In this document: piece after piece, positions 49,492 through 60,014 of the stretch | Position numbering within the stretch: the first letter of the stretch is position 1 | Layout: every line of letters begins with the position of its first letter | Source: Bacteriovoracaceae bacterium | GTDB lineage: Bacteria > Bdellovibrionota > Bacteriovoracia > Bacteriovoracales > Bacteriovoracaceae | Direction: 5' to 3' | Assembly (NCBI GenBank): GCA_018649885.1 | Contig: JABIHA010000028.1 | Span: forward strand, 1-64,000 | DNA length: 64,000 nucleotides | The notes under the pieces: model-generated | Databases searched by the model: none | What the model was told of the DNA's origin: nothing | Seen by the model: the letters and a program-made list of their open reading frames with translations, nothing else | Program-made: the position numbers and the translations under genes

Positions 49492-50349
49492 GTGAACATT
49501 ATTTCTAAAAAATACCACACTAGGCCTTCAGCTTTAATCTATCAGGCCCGCGCTTTTATCCCATCTAAGGGTCTCGACAATCAAAAATCTCCACAAATTT
49601 TTGAGTTCCATCAAACAAATGCTGGCATTGATAAGAAACAGGCCCAGGCCCTTTTTGAGTTATGCCAAATGGAGGAGAGTGAGAATATCCCCATTATATT
49701 TCCACAAGTTTTTGGATTTCCACTGATCATGTCACTTTTAACTCATCCTGAGTTTCCAGAACCCATTTGGCGCTCTCTCCAAATTAGAAACTCAATTACC
49801 TCTCATAGAATCATCAAAGTAGGAGAAAACTTAGAGTTTAAACTCAAAAGTAGTGAATTTCGATATTTGGAAAAAGGGGCCGAGCTAGATCTTGTCTTAA
49901 AAGTTGAAGCAGAGGGAGAACTTCTTTGGGAGAGTTCAACAACCTTTTTCTATAAAGGTAAATTCAAAACTAAGGGGGCCGTGGTAGCATCTTCTGGTCC
50001 AAAAATAGAGGGCACTAAAGTAGCAGACTGGAAGGTTCCTAGTGGCGGAGGTGCAAGGTACGGATCAATTTCGGGTGACTATAATGGAATTCACTTATCA
50101 GACTTTTACGCAAAAATCTTTGGATTCAAGAAGGCCTTTCTTCATCCTCACCGTGTGATAGGACAAATCATTTCAGTGATAACAAAGCTTGGACAGTGTC
50201 CTCCTAATAATCTTAAACTCTGGTTTAAAGGTCCCGTCCCATATAATTCTAATGTCCGTTTGATGAAAAGTGATGGACCAAGTGATTACTCCCTCCATTT
50301 AGAGGGGGACTCAAGAGCCTGTGTATTGTTCTCTATGAGTGAGCAGTAG
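49492..50349 (+). CDS. MaoC-like double hot-dog (R)-enoyl-CoA hydratase/dehydratase
   Basis: YGSISGDYNGIHLS...AKIFGFKKAFLH hydratase motif; FKGPV. Confidence 0.85.
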   Translation: MNIISKKYHTRPSALIYQARAFIPSKGLDNQKSPQIFEFHQTNAGIDKKQAQALFELCQMEESENIPIIFPQVFGFPLIMSLLTHPEFPEPIWRSLQIRNSITSHRIIKVGENLEFKLKSSEFRYLEKGAELDLVLKVEAEGELLWESSTTFFYKGKFKTKGAVVASSGPKIEGTKVADWKVPSGGGARYGSISGDYNGIHLSDFYAKIFGFKKAFLHPHRVIGQIISVITKLGQCPPNNLKLWFKGPVPYNSNVRLMKSDGPSDYSLHLEGDSRACVLFSMSEQ

Positions 50350-50394
50350 CTGAGTGCAATTGGCAAATTTCAGATATTGGAATACAATGTGTTT

Positions 50395-50766
50395 ATGAGA
50401 GTTGTTTTTATTAGTTTTCTTATTTTAGGGAGGGCCTTTGCTTTGATGCCACCACATTTTACAAAAGTTATTCCTGATCCTGGTCCCTTAACTGGGAATA
50501 CTATTGAGCTTCGAGGATATACACTTTTTGAAGATCCTATTGTTACCAATTTGAATACTTCAGAAAAAGTGGAAATCAAAATTGAACGAGATTCTAAAAT
50601 CATTGATAATAATAAAGAGAAAAAAGACCCCGTCCCAGATGGATCAATTCAACACTTTGATTCAATTAAAGTCATACTTCCCAAGCTGACTGTCGGTCAT
50701 CGAATTCAATTAAAAGTTGAAGGCATCGATGATGAGAACTTGATTTGGACCATAACGACTAAATAA
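50395..50766 (+). CDS. Small secreted Ig-like hypothetical protein
   Basis: Signal peptide ending AFA; beta-rich. Confidence 0.65.
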   Translation: MRVVFISFLILGRAFALMPPHFTKVIPDPGPLTGNTIELRGYTLFEDPIVTNLNTSEKVEIKIERDSKIIDNNKEKKDPVPDGSIQHFDSIKVILPKLTVGHRIQLKVEGIDDENLIWTITTK

Positions 50767-50863
50767 TCTATTTGTGCCTGGCCACTTATAAGTAAATACA
50801 ATCTATTTATTTCTCAAATAATTATAATATTAATGGTGCAGTGTTTTTCTCCGAGTAGGGCGT

Positions 50864-51496
50864 ATGACAAAGAATTTAGTTGTGGCATTCATTTTATTTC
50901 AAGCTTGTGTATCATCAATTGTGAGTGCTGAGGAACCAACAGTTGGGACATTTGTGACACTGTCAAATTTGGAAGATTATTCTGAAAAAGAGGTAAGACA
51001 GTTAAAGACAAAATTTGTATGTCTTGGAGATGAGAATTTTCAAAGTTTTGCTGACACACTCGGTTCTGGCCCATTTTTTACTCATCCTAAGTTAGCAGGT
51101 CTAACCAGTACACTGAACGCTCAGTGTATCGAATCAATAGAAAATCATTCAGAGTCTCCGGATCAATTGATCACAAAACTTTATGTCACTTGTGATGATA
51201 GCTGCAAGGAGTTTGATGGAGTTAAAAATAGCGGTGAAGCTTCACAGGCAACTAACAAATCAATTTGTAGGGCCCACTGCGTTTGGGCCAAAAGATTTGC
51301 TCAGGGCAATCTCAGAGGCTACTCATCTGCCAGAGAAAAATTCAAGAAATTGAGCACTCAGTGTGAAACTGAACTCAGTGAGCTGAAACAAAGTGGATGC
51401 TCTTCATATATTGAAGGCTCTCCCACAAGAGAGTGGGGGGGACGTCAAATTCCAGTACCACTGGCACCTAGAAAGATGGGTGTTACCGTCGAGTAA
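50864..51496 (+). CDS. Secreted Cys-rich hypothetical protein
   Basis: Signal peptide; CxxxC pairs. Confidence 0.7.
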   Translation: MTKNLVVAFILFQACVSSIVSAEEPTVGTFVTLSNLEDYSEKEVRQLKTKFVCLGDENFQSFADTLGSGPFFTHPKLAGLTSTLNAQCIESIENHSESPDQLITKLYVTCDDSCKEFDGVKNSGEASQATNKSICRAHCVWAKRFAQGNLRGYSSAREKFKKLSTQCETELSELKQSGCSSYIEGSPTREWGGRQIPVPLAPRKMGVTVE

Positions 51497-51606
51497 AAAT
51501 ATTGTTCAGGAAGATTGTATTAGACAGATGTATGCTGCACTGAGTGCTTGTGCCAATGTCACTGAATAAAATTGGCATTGATGTAAAAAAGTTATTTAAT
51601 TTCTAC

Positions 51607-52810
51607 ATGAGAATATTTTTTATTTTTTCAACCTTACTACTCTTAGTTTCTTGTGGAGAAGATAAGGCTTACGATCAGTATGTGAACGTTAGCTTTAATG
51701 CCCCAGGAGAAGGAGGAGCTAGCTTTTTTTCTCCTGAAGCAATGGTTGTAGCAACTCCCGCTGTGAGCTCGGCTTCAGATATTGATTGCTACGCAATTAT
51801 GGTGGAGTACCCAGATCACACAACTTCCAGTTATTGCAATAATCAGCATGATTCTAAGGTATTTTATATAGACTCAATTGGAGGAATGTCTGCTATCAAC
51901 TCAAGCCTGAGTATGACTTTAAAAGTAGAAGATCATGTCACTTTTCATTTGCTCGGTTGGGGCAGTAATAATGGTTGCAACAATATTGGAAATTTTAGCT
52001 CTAATGAATCAAACTTATCAAATTCCTACTGGCTGGGTAGTTTTATTGAAGATGTAAAACCAACGGCCTCAAACAATTTTAGCTTTGCAGGGACATGGGA
52101 TGCCTCACAATATATGGGAACCTGTGCAGGTAGTGTTTTTGGCGCTGGACAAGCGGCAGGAGCAAATTACTACCAAACGATTATAACAGACTCACCTCTG
52201 TCGTATTATAGATTATCTGCTGATACAACCGATGATTTTAGCAATGAAAGTATTGCAGATTTTGGGGGGCCTGTCTTTGGCCAAGCGGGGGCCACAACTG
52301 ATGGAAATTCATCAGTCTCTTTTAATGGCAGCTCACAATATATGTGGTCAGCATCGGCTCCAGGTTTTCAATTTGCATCTACAACTGATTTTTCAGTAGA
52401 GGCCTGGGTTAACCCTTCACAATTGAGTAGTATGCAATACATTGTTGCTCATACTCCTGGATCTCATGGTTATAAATTGTTAATTGATTCCTCTAATAAC
52501 CCCGCATTTTACATCACTGGGGGGGGCGGGGAGCATTCAAGTAACCTCAACTGTAACAGTCAGCACATCAACCTGGTATCACATTGTAGGAACCTATGAT
52601 GGTGCAGGGAATGCCTATATTTATGTCAACGGGGTTTCTAACACCGCTAGTGGTACTGCAGGAACTATTACTTGGACATCTGCTCAGCTTGGCGTGGGTA
52701 GTAATACATCTGGCAGTGGCAACTACTTTGGGGGCTATATGGATGAGCTCGCCATATATGGCACCGAACTGAGTGCAGGACAAGTTCTTAATCACTATAG
52801 TAATAGATAG
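51607..52810 (+). pseudogene. LamG/concanavalin-like lipoprotein split by a frameshift in a G8 tract
   Basis: LVSC lipobox; FSVEAWV in frame 1; WYHIVGTYDG..YVNG and FGGYMDELAIY in frame 2; junction at G8 (52519-52526). Confidence 0.85.
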
Positions 52811-52924
52811 CTTCCATTAAATGAATTCTATTGGATACTTTTCCAATTTTTCTCCCGTGAAACCGGTGATCTTGATTGCTATGATAGTTATAGAGATCAA
52901 TAAAATAACACTAAGGGGGAAAAA

Positions 52925-53716
52925 GTGAGTACTTTCAAAGTTCTATTTCTGGCACTCGTGATGGTTACTACCACAATTAATTCGGCCATGAGTCAAGCAA
53001 ACTTCTTTAAAGCTAGTAGGTCTGATTTAAATGCACCACCATATATTCAATTTGGTGGTGATGACAGGGCCGTGTGTGCGATCATGCAAGGCTACGTTCC
53101 TACCGGGCATCCATTTTATACGGCAGAGATAGCTAGGATCGATCAATGCGCAAAAGAGGCACAAGACAGTGGAGTTTCCCTTACTTCAAATGATATTTGG
53201 AATTGTGAATATGTAACAGGTAGCATTCATTTTTGTGTAAATGCGGCCAAAAGAAAGGATCCATTTTTAGACATGTTCAGAAATGATTTTACAAACTACT
53301 ACCAATGCCTCAAAGACTTTGATTTAAAACCTGGAGCTTTAAGAAATGCTAACTTTCCCTACAACCGCAGGAACAATACTCGTACTGAGCGAAATCAAGA
53401 TATCGTGGTATCAGTGCTGGCGGGAGAGGATTCTCCTATATGTCGAGGAGCTGATTATGTGAGTTTTAACTTCGACAATGTTGACTACAGAAAATGCATG
53501 AAACATTTTAAAGCTAAGGACTATCCACATTACTATAGTGATAGCAGGCATATTCAAACTGTAAAATTATGCATGAAATTGTCAAAAACTGAGGAAGGCA
53601 AACAAAAAATAGCAGGTATCATCCAAGCAGAAACAGCTAGAAATGATTATGAAAATAGTTTTAAAGGCTGGTATGATTCTGCTGTCGAGTATACAAATAC
53701 AGTTATTCTTGAATAA
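52925..53716 (+). CDS. Secreted Cys-containing hypothetical protein
   Basis: GTG after AAGGGGG; signal peptide; 8 Cys. Confidence 0.72.
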   Translation: MSTFKVLFLALVMVTTTINSAMSQANFFKASRSDLNAPPYIQFGGDDRAVCAIMQGYVPTGHPFYTAEIARIDQCAKEAQDSGVSLTSNDIWNCEYVTGSIHFCVNAAKRKDPFLDMFRNDFTNYYQCLKDFDLKPGALRNANFPYNRRNNTRTERNQDIVVSVLAGEDSPICRGADYVSFNFDNVDYRKCMKHFKAKDYPHYYSDSRHIQTVKLCMKLSKTEEGKQKIAGIIQAETARNDYENSFKGWYDSAVEYTNTVILE

Positions 53717-54644
53717 TATAGAGAGCTTTTACTTGAGATATTCCGGGATTTATTGGCGCTGCCACGCTCGATGAACTCGGAAGTAGCTCTTGGTAAACAT
53801 TCCCGATAACTATCACCTTTTTTCCCTCAAACTTTTCAATCTCAATAATTGGTCTTAATGCCAGTGGGTCATTAATTTGAAAAAGGGATACACCAGACTT
53901 TTCTGAATCATCTAAGACTATTTCTACATGGCCTTTAAAATTCTCTTGCTCAAGTTGCATCATTCCAACATCTACTTGGGTATAGATGCCTTGTAGTTGA
54001 ACAACTTGTCCATTGTGCTGACTAATTTCTGCAAGTGAATGAATTTTTGGGAATTGCTCTGAGTTTTCATAGCTGTCTGGAAATATGACTTTACTCCTAC
54101 TCTCTAAATAGACTTTAGGCTGAAGGCGATCGCTTCCTTTATCATCTGTTTTCTGCATGAGAATGTCAGAGGGAATTAGCTGATGGAGTTTCAGAATTTT
54201 CAACTCATAAAATGACATAACTTCCGTAGCGCCACCGCCGAAGGCCGGAGCGGGGGGCGGGGCCTTGGAATTTGTAACTTCTTGAATAAATTGTTTCTTC
54301 ATTTCAAGCTGAACTTTTGCGTGAATTTTAACAACTCCCCATGTTTGTAAGATGCCATGTTGATCTTTTAATATAGAGGTATCACCAAGAAATTTTATAG
54401 CTCTGCCCTGTGATAAAGAAATTGTATTCTCAGGCCAGTCTACTACAGGAAGACCTTCAAAGTGCGGCTCTTTTTTCAATCTGAGAAAAAAAATGGCATC
54501 TTGGGGGACTTCGGTGGTGGCGATGGAAATGGGTGTCGATTGGTCCATTTTTGTAACCTTTATCTCCTTTTTGTGACTGCATCCAAATGAGTATAAAAAT
54601 ACCCAAAGGCCTAGACATTGAATAGGGAGGCCAAGTTTTTTCAT
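53703..54644 (-). CDS. Lipoprotein, hypothetical (possible OB-fold-like C-terminal domain)
   Basis: SFGC lipobox; Pro-rich segment; G.VV.L.G.Y ... FEGKKVIVIG. Confidence 0.7.
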   Translation of the reverse strand: MKKLGLPIQCLGLWVFLYSFGCSHKKEIKVTKMDQSTPISIATTEVPQDAIFFLRLKKEPHFEGLPVVDWPENTISLSQGRAIKFLGDTSILKDQHGILQTWGVVKIHAKVQLEMKKQFIQEVTNSKAPPPAPAFGGGATEVMSFYELKILKLHQLIPSDILMQKTDDKGSDRLQPKVYLESRSKVIFPDSYENSEQFPKIHSLAEISQHNGQVVQLQGIYTQVDVGMMQLEQENFKGHVEIVLDDSEKSGVSLFQINDPLALRPIIEIEKFEGKKVIVIGNVYQELLPSSSSVAAPINPGISQVKALYIIQE

Positions 54645-54691
54645 ATCGTATATACTCTAAAATACTCCAAAATAGCTAAAGAAGCCAATCT

Positions 54692-54959
54692 CTAATGTAA
54701 GGGGTGTGTATCAGTTTTGATGGTGAGGAAATTATCAATTGTTCCACTCTTATTTATTATTATTGGATAAATTGTGTTATCTACCCAAGATTCATTTCCA
54801 TCTATAGAATTGTTTTTAATTTCTTGATGAAATATTTTCCCAAAAGCTTTGTGGGTAATATTTTGAATTTACGATTTGGTGAGTTTTTCCAATCAATTCT
54901 TTTCGAGTAAAGCCACTTATTTGGCCAGTTACTTTGTATAAATTGGAACAAAAATTTAG
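54692..54959 (-). pseudogene. PAS-domain remnant with internal deletion and frameshift
   Basis: ISGFTRKELIGKTHQIVNSKYYPQSF, then +1 frame GKIFHQEIKNNSIDGNESWVDNTIYPII..SG.IDNFLTIKTD, matching the PAS/PAC consensus. Confidence 0.7.
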
Positions 54960-55097
54960 GACAAAGTGTTCGGGCCACTTCTATACAATGAATAACTACT
55001 TGGATTCATATAAAAATACCTAACTGCATCAAATTGTCGCTGCTGTACAAAAGGAGTAATTAAATATATTTGGTTTGAAACTATTGAAGGGGAAAAA

Positions 55098-56543
55098 ATG
55101 CACAAATTTCTTAAGTTATTACCACTTTGTCTATTGGTCTCATGTGGCGGTGGAGGCGGTGGTGGTGATGGTGCTCCCAGTGCAGGACAAAAGGCCTTTA
55201 CCTCAAAGCAATATGGTAGGCCCATAATGCTTGCTTTTCAAGATCCAAGTTGCCAGAAGGGAAAGGCATTAGAGGTAGGCACACTAGGAAATTACAATTT
55301 AAGCTACATAAAAGAGGGTAGAGCTTACAATGGAGTTCATTCTCTTTCATCATTTTCTTCCAATCAAAACCTGAAAAGCGAGGCCGTTAAAAATATTATC
55401 GGCGGAATGCACTTTAGCTTCACTCATCAAAATGGGAGAAGTGAGTACAATAGTATCTCTAAAGGACAGGGGATTAAAATATGTGACACTCACTATTCAT
55501 CTGGCTATCTTGAAATGGCAACTCTGACGACACTTATGTCAATAGACAAGGCCTACTCTTTTCATAAGAGTCTTAGTGGCTCAAAGAATTTGAAAGCAAT
55601 TGATTTATTAATGTATCCAACAATAGTAGATATTTATTATTTTGAAGATGAGAAAAAAGTGGAAAAGATTGTCAGCACCAATGTTGATAATGCTTACTAT
55701 TTTAAAGGCTCGAGTGAGATCGCAATCCTTCCTCAAGGGCGAAATTCATATAATAAAGGAGCTAGTGGTTTTTTATCAGGCCACGCCATTTGGGAAATCC
55801 CTTTTGTTGCGGCCCATGAATACGGACACCATGTCTTTTCCAGTTATTACCAAACAAATAACAAAAATCTCTACAATCAATTAAGAAAAGCAAACGATCA
55901 ACACAAAATGGAAGTCGTCTATAAAGAGGTTCATCCTGAAATCCTCAGAAAGCTTGCAAGTTCTAAATCTCAAAGATATGAGGATGGAAAGCTTCTCTAC
56001 GGTGATGATCGTCAGGAGGCTTATCGTAAGGTTAAGAAAATTAACGCTGTCAAAGCACTTAATGAAGGATTTGCTGATCTATTTGCCTATTATTCTCTTG
56101 GAAAAGAGATGGCGAATTTGAAAGACATCAATTGCTTTAAAAACTCTAGAGATGTTTTTGTGGATAGTTTTTCAAGCTCACTTAAGAAAGAGCTCAGTTC
56201 TTGGTTTGAGTACAATTACTTTTCTACTTATGTGGTCGAACGTCCTAAAGACTGCAATACTCCTTATGTTCAAGACTCTCATGCTATGGGAGCGATCATG
56301 GCCTTTGGAGTGGACAAACTTTTCTCTACTGTATCCTCACTTGGAACAAAAAAAGGTCAACTTCTTATTAAATGGCTGAAGTCCATGGATAAGATTTATG
56401 AGAAGGACTTGGCACCTAAAACCTTACTTAAGACTTCTATTCTTGCTGCCTTTGAAATTGTTGAAGAGGATCAAGGATCACCAATCAACCATGAACAATG
56501 TCTAGCAATGAAGATATTTGACAAGTACAAATATTGCCACTAA
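55098..56543 (+). CDS. Lipoprotein gluzincin metallopeptidase (M4/M36-like)
   Basis: LVSC lipobox and poly-Gly linker; DNAYY, AAHEYGH, ALNEGFAD, DSH..G. Confidence 0.8.
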   Translation: MHKFLKLLPLCLLVSCGGGGGGGDGAPSAGQKAFTSKQYGRPIMLAFQDPSCQKGKALEVGTLGNYNLSYIKEGRAYNGVHSLSSFSSNQNLKSEAVKNIIGGMHFSFTHQNGRSEYNSISKGQGIKICDTHYSSGYLEMATLTTLMSIDKAYSFHKSLSGSKNLKAIDLLMYPTIVDIYYFEDEKKVEKIVSTNVDNAYYFKGSSEIAILPQGRNSYNKGASGFLSGHAIWEIPFVAAHEYGHHVFSSYYQTNNKNLYNQLRKANDQHKMEVVYKEVHPEILRKLASSKSQRYEDGKLLYGDDRQEAYRKVKKINAVKALNEGFADLFAYYSLGKEMANLKDINCFKNSRDVFVDSFSSSLKKELSSWFEYNYFSTYVVERPKDCNTPYVQDSHAMGAIMAFGVDKLFSTVSSLGTKKGQLLIKWLKSMDKIYEKDLAPKTLLKTSILAAFEIVEEDQGSPINHEQCLAMKIFDKYKYCH

Positions 56544-56560
56544 CAATTTTCACTAACTTC

Positions 56561-56584
56561 CAGTGCACCAATTGAGGTGCACTG
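56561..56584. terminator. Hairpin after the peptidase gene
   Basis: CAGTGCACC-AATTGA-GGTGCACTG perfect 9-bp stem. Confidence 0.5.
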
Positions 56585-56794
56585 AGACTTTGTCTCTCAA
56601 TTACTTTCTAAGCATATATCGTATGAGTCAGTACAAACATAAAGACCTTAGGGGGATACAAAAATTGGAGGCATTGAGGGGTTGTGTGATAAAGAAAATA
56701 GCATAGAATTGGAATTTTAAAATAGTTTATCAGGGTATTGAAACCAGTATAGGTTAGCTAGCAAAATCAGTAACGATCGAAACATTCGTTTTTA

Positions 56795-57589
56795 TTAATG
56801 GGCAATATAAAATACGACCCTCTTAGGAATTACGAATTTCCCCAATTTTTCGATTTCATTACTTAATCCCTCAAATAGTAATTGAAAAAATGGTTCGTCT
56901 AGGGCCTGATACTTCATCATGGACTTACAGTACTCTGCTAATGGTGCTGGATCCGTTACATCCAAGTAGTCATCAATTTCATATTTTTCATAGGAGTTAA
57001 AAACCTCAGTAATTAACTTATCAGCAACAGATTCATTGAACCTGTCGATGCTTGACTGCTCAGTTATTTGGTAATTGAGTTTATTCTCTTTTATTAATGA
57101 TTTTATGAAGTCATCAATTCTTTTCATGTGTAAGTCACCTAAGGTGGCAAGTGATGCTTTGCCTTCAGGTGTTAACATCCCTTTAATGCTCATCAATGCC
57201 TGCTTAGGGTTGCCAGAGTGGTAGAGCATAAAGTGGGCAATAACTAGGTCAAATTGACTTGCAATATTTGGGGTGTCGATATCAAATTGTGAGAACCTAA
57301 AACGGTGGTCCTTGATTCTATCCCTTGTCGTCTCGAGCATTCCAGAGGAGATATCAGTAAGGGTAACACAGGAGTTTTCGTTAAGTTTCTTAAGTGCTGT
57401 ATCCCAAAATATACCTGTACCACATCCAATTTCGAGAATTTCTTTTGAGTTCTTCCAAGGGTACTTAGATGCCAGCAGAGGCCAGAAATTTTTATTAATT
57501 CTTGTAAATTGTTGGTGCAGGCCAACTCTGGACTGGAGATTAGAGCTGGTTTTGTATTGGACGTCTCGAATTAATTCTTTTGAAAACAT
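56795..57589 (-). CDS. Class I SAM-dependent methyltransferase
   Basis: ILEIGCGTG, TDISSGML, FDLVIAHFMLYH, LTPEG. Confidence 0.92.
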   Translation of the reverse strand: MFSKELIRDVQYKTSSNLQSRVGLHQQFTRINKNFWPLLASKYPWKNSKEILEIGCGTGIFWDTALKKLNENSCVTLTDISSGMLETTRDRIKDHRFRFSQFDIDTPNIASQFDLVIAHFMLYHSGNPKQALMSIKGMLTPEGKASLATLGDLHMKRIDDFIKSLIKENKLNYQITEQSSIDRFNESVADKLITEVFNSYEKYEIDDYLDVTDPAPLAEYCKSMMKYQALDEPFFQLLFEGLSNEIEKLGKFVIPKRVVFYIAH

Positions 57590-57621
57590 AAGCTATAATT
57601 TCATATTAATGGCGTTTTAGG

Positions 57622-57652
57622 AAGGGTGCTGAGTATTTCGCTCAGCACCCTT
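57622..57652 (-). terminator. Hairpin after the CARDB gene
   Basis: AAGGGTGCTGAG-TATTTCG-CTCAGCACCCTT perfect 12-bp stem. Confidence 0.6.
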
Positions 57653-57661
57653 AGGATCGTG

Positions 57662-58258
57662 CTATTTCTGTTTTAAATATGGAGTACAGTCATTATAACT
57701 TGTAGGCTGTATAGGGATTATCCCTTGGTCCACGTGGTAGCAGAATTTTTGAGTGTTATTATTGACCTCATTGGTTTCCGTCACATCTTGATTGTGATCA
57801 ACACTTACTTCAAAGTAAAAAACTTTACAGGCCGGAGTATCTTGTGAGCCTGGGATTTTCCAAGAAGCATTCATGTATTCATAACCGTAGGCAGGTACAG
57901 GAGTTGGGATTACAAATTGGGCCACCGTTGAATAGTTGTAGCCATTGCAAACATTAGTCGTATCAAAACCAACTTCAGCATCATTTTTCATACATACTCC
58001 AAGCGTATAATCATCCTGCTCAAAGTTAAAAATTTCAAAGTCAACAGTAGTGTCTCTTGTCCCAGGTACTGTAGACATAGAAAAAGTAGCAATATCAGTT
58101 GAAAGATCCACCTTTTTGACCCAACCAATAGCTGAAAGCCACTTGCAAGGATTTTTATGCAAATTGGGCTCAAGCCTTACATTTTTTAAATCAAGTTTTG
58201 CAAAGGCCGCTGATGAAAAAATTAAAGAAGTCATAATCGTTAGATAAATAAATTTCAT
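57662..58258 (-). CDS. Secreted single CARDB-like domain protein
   Basis: Signal peptide ending AFA; VDHNQDVTETNEVNN motif. Confidence 0.7.
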   Translation of the reverse strand: MKFIYLTIMTSLIFSSAAFAKLDLKNVRLEPNLHKNPCKWLSAIGWVKKVDLSTDIATFSMSTVPGTRDTTVDFEIFNFEQDDYTLGVCMKNDAEVGFDTTNVCNGYNYSTVAQFVIPTPVPAYGYEYMNASWKIPGSQDTPACKVFYFEVSVDHNQDVTETNEVNNNTQKFCYHVDQGIIPIQPTSYNDCTPYLKQK

Positions 58259-58430
58259 TTTCCCTCCCCAAGAAAGAATACAAATAAAATATGTAATGTG
58301 CTATTTGGTGCAAAGTACATACCACTTGAGGGGATTTAACCTTCTGGAATCCAGTGAGAAAAATTATCGAAATTGATCATCTAGGCAAAAGTGTATAAAA
58401 AATTCAATTTTTTGCCTAAATAAAAAATCA

Positions 58431-59138
58431 TTACTTTTTGGATTTGCAAAATCCAAGTGAGTCGATTTCTCCGCATACACGGTTTATCATTTCACCCAGA
58501 GCTAGCTTTTGGACAAACTCATCTTTTTCTTCACAGCCTAAAACATCAGGAAAGACTTCTCTCCATCTTTGTTTTCCTTCTGCCCCGAAAAAAATCTCTT
58601 TATTGTCCTCTACGTGTTGATTATAAGTAAGTTTAGTAAAACCATTTGGACACCACCCAAGGCCATAGATTGATACAAAATCTTTGTTTCTAATTGGATC
58701 GTGATATATGGGCCTACCGGTGTCAATATCATCTGGCAATGCTATCCAATTGCAGGTCATATTTTCAATATGGCATTTTTCAAGTTGAACCTCTTTGATC
58801 ATTGAAGGAGTCAGTACAAATGATTGGTCTTTAGAGCTCTTGTAAATGGTAGGATGTCTTGAAGGGATACTACCAAAGTCAATTACAGAAATATCAATTT
58901 GGGATTTAATAGCTACGCTACCATTGTATAGTTCATAATATAAATTTTTTGAGTTTTGTTCATAGCATAGAACGACCTTTACTTCCTCGCTATTTCGACA
59001 CGGCCTAGAGCGTTTTAGTACCTTTTTTATTTTTGTGTAGTACCCTTGAGATGGTGTTTGCCCAAAAACGGTAGCTGAAGAAATAAGTAGCACTTGTACC
59101 ACCAGTACCACCAACACCACTGTATTATATTTTTTCAT
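58431..59138 (-). CDS. Secreted hypothetical protein
   Basis: MKKYNTVVLVVLVV signal; GGGGG SD. Confidence 0.7.
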   Translation of the reverse strand: MKKYNTVVLVVLVVQVLLISSATVFGQTPSQGYYTKIKKVLKRSRPCRNSEEVKVVLCYEQNSKNLYYELYNGSVAIKSQIDISVIDFGSIPSRHPTIYKSSKDQSFVLTPSMIKEVQLEKCHIENMTCNWIALPDDIDTGRPIYHDPIRNKDFVSIYGLGWCPNGFTKLTYNQHVEDNKEIFFGAEGKQRWREVFPDVLGCEEKDEFVQKLALGEMINRVCGEIDSLGFCKSKK

Positions 59139-59354
59139 TTTCCCCCACATATGATTACTTTAGTTTTTAATATTATCATAAGAAGAGATCCCAAAAGTTT
59201 TTAGAGTAAAAATGTAAAGGCCGCACAGAATTTAAACATCCTAAGTGAAATCAAATACATGGTGAGTTTAAAAAAGAAATCACTAACGATTTCTCCTCTC
59301 TCGTGGAACCTAAACAGCGTTATCATTGTAAGAAATTAAGCAAAAGGCGAAAGC

Positions 59355-60014
59355 ATGGTTCGAAAAGCTCTTGAGAGGTCAAATATTCATTATTACCACC
59401 TGCTTGGCAGGTCAAATGATCCAGAGTTCTTTGATCTTCCCCAAAGCGAAGTGTGGAATATTTTTACGAGGGAGCTGGGATGTTTACAACAGTTATTTCA
59501 ACTAAAGATAGCGGCATTTGTACTTTTGAATAATCATTTTCATTTGATTGCACTAACTCCAAAAGAAAGTGTCGATAGGGTCATGTATTTTTTGATGAAA
59601 AATGTTGCCACCACCATTAAAAAAAGAAGTGGAAGAATTAATAAGGTTTTTGGGGGGAGGTACAAGGGTTCGATTATAAAGTCCGACCTATATTTATTAA
59701 ACATCTACAAATATATTCACCTCGAACCAGTCAATGCGAAACTGGCAACGATGGCAGAGCTCTATCGTTTCAGTACTCTTTTTTACCGGGGTGATAAAAA
59801 ACACCACCTTCCATTTTGCAGCTCAAGTCTACCTCCTATGAAAATGATAGAAAATCTTGAAGGTCTTAATGAACTTGATTGGATCAACATGGCATTCAGC
59901 GAGGAGGAATCAAATAGTATAAAAGTGGGTCTTAAAAAATCTACCTTTGCTTTTGGAAAGAGTCGGAATACGGGAAAACCATTGATCCCTATGATGAAGA
60001 AAATTGAAAAATGA
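59355..60014 (+). mobile_element. REP-associated tyrosine transposase (RAYT) / Y1 HUH transposase
   Basis: YHLLGRSN, FVLLNNHFHL (HUH), VFGGRY, YKYIHLEPV, YRFST. Confidence 0.85.

Noticed and set aside
59355..60014. IS200/IS605 element with tnpB
   Set aside because: No tnpB or terminal hairpins; length and motifs fit RAYT better
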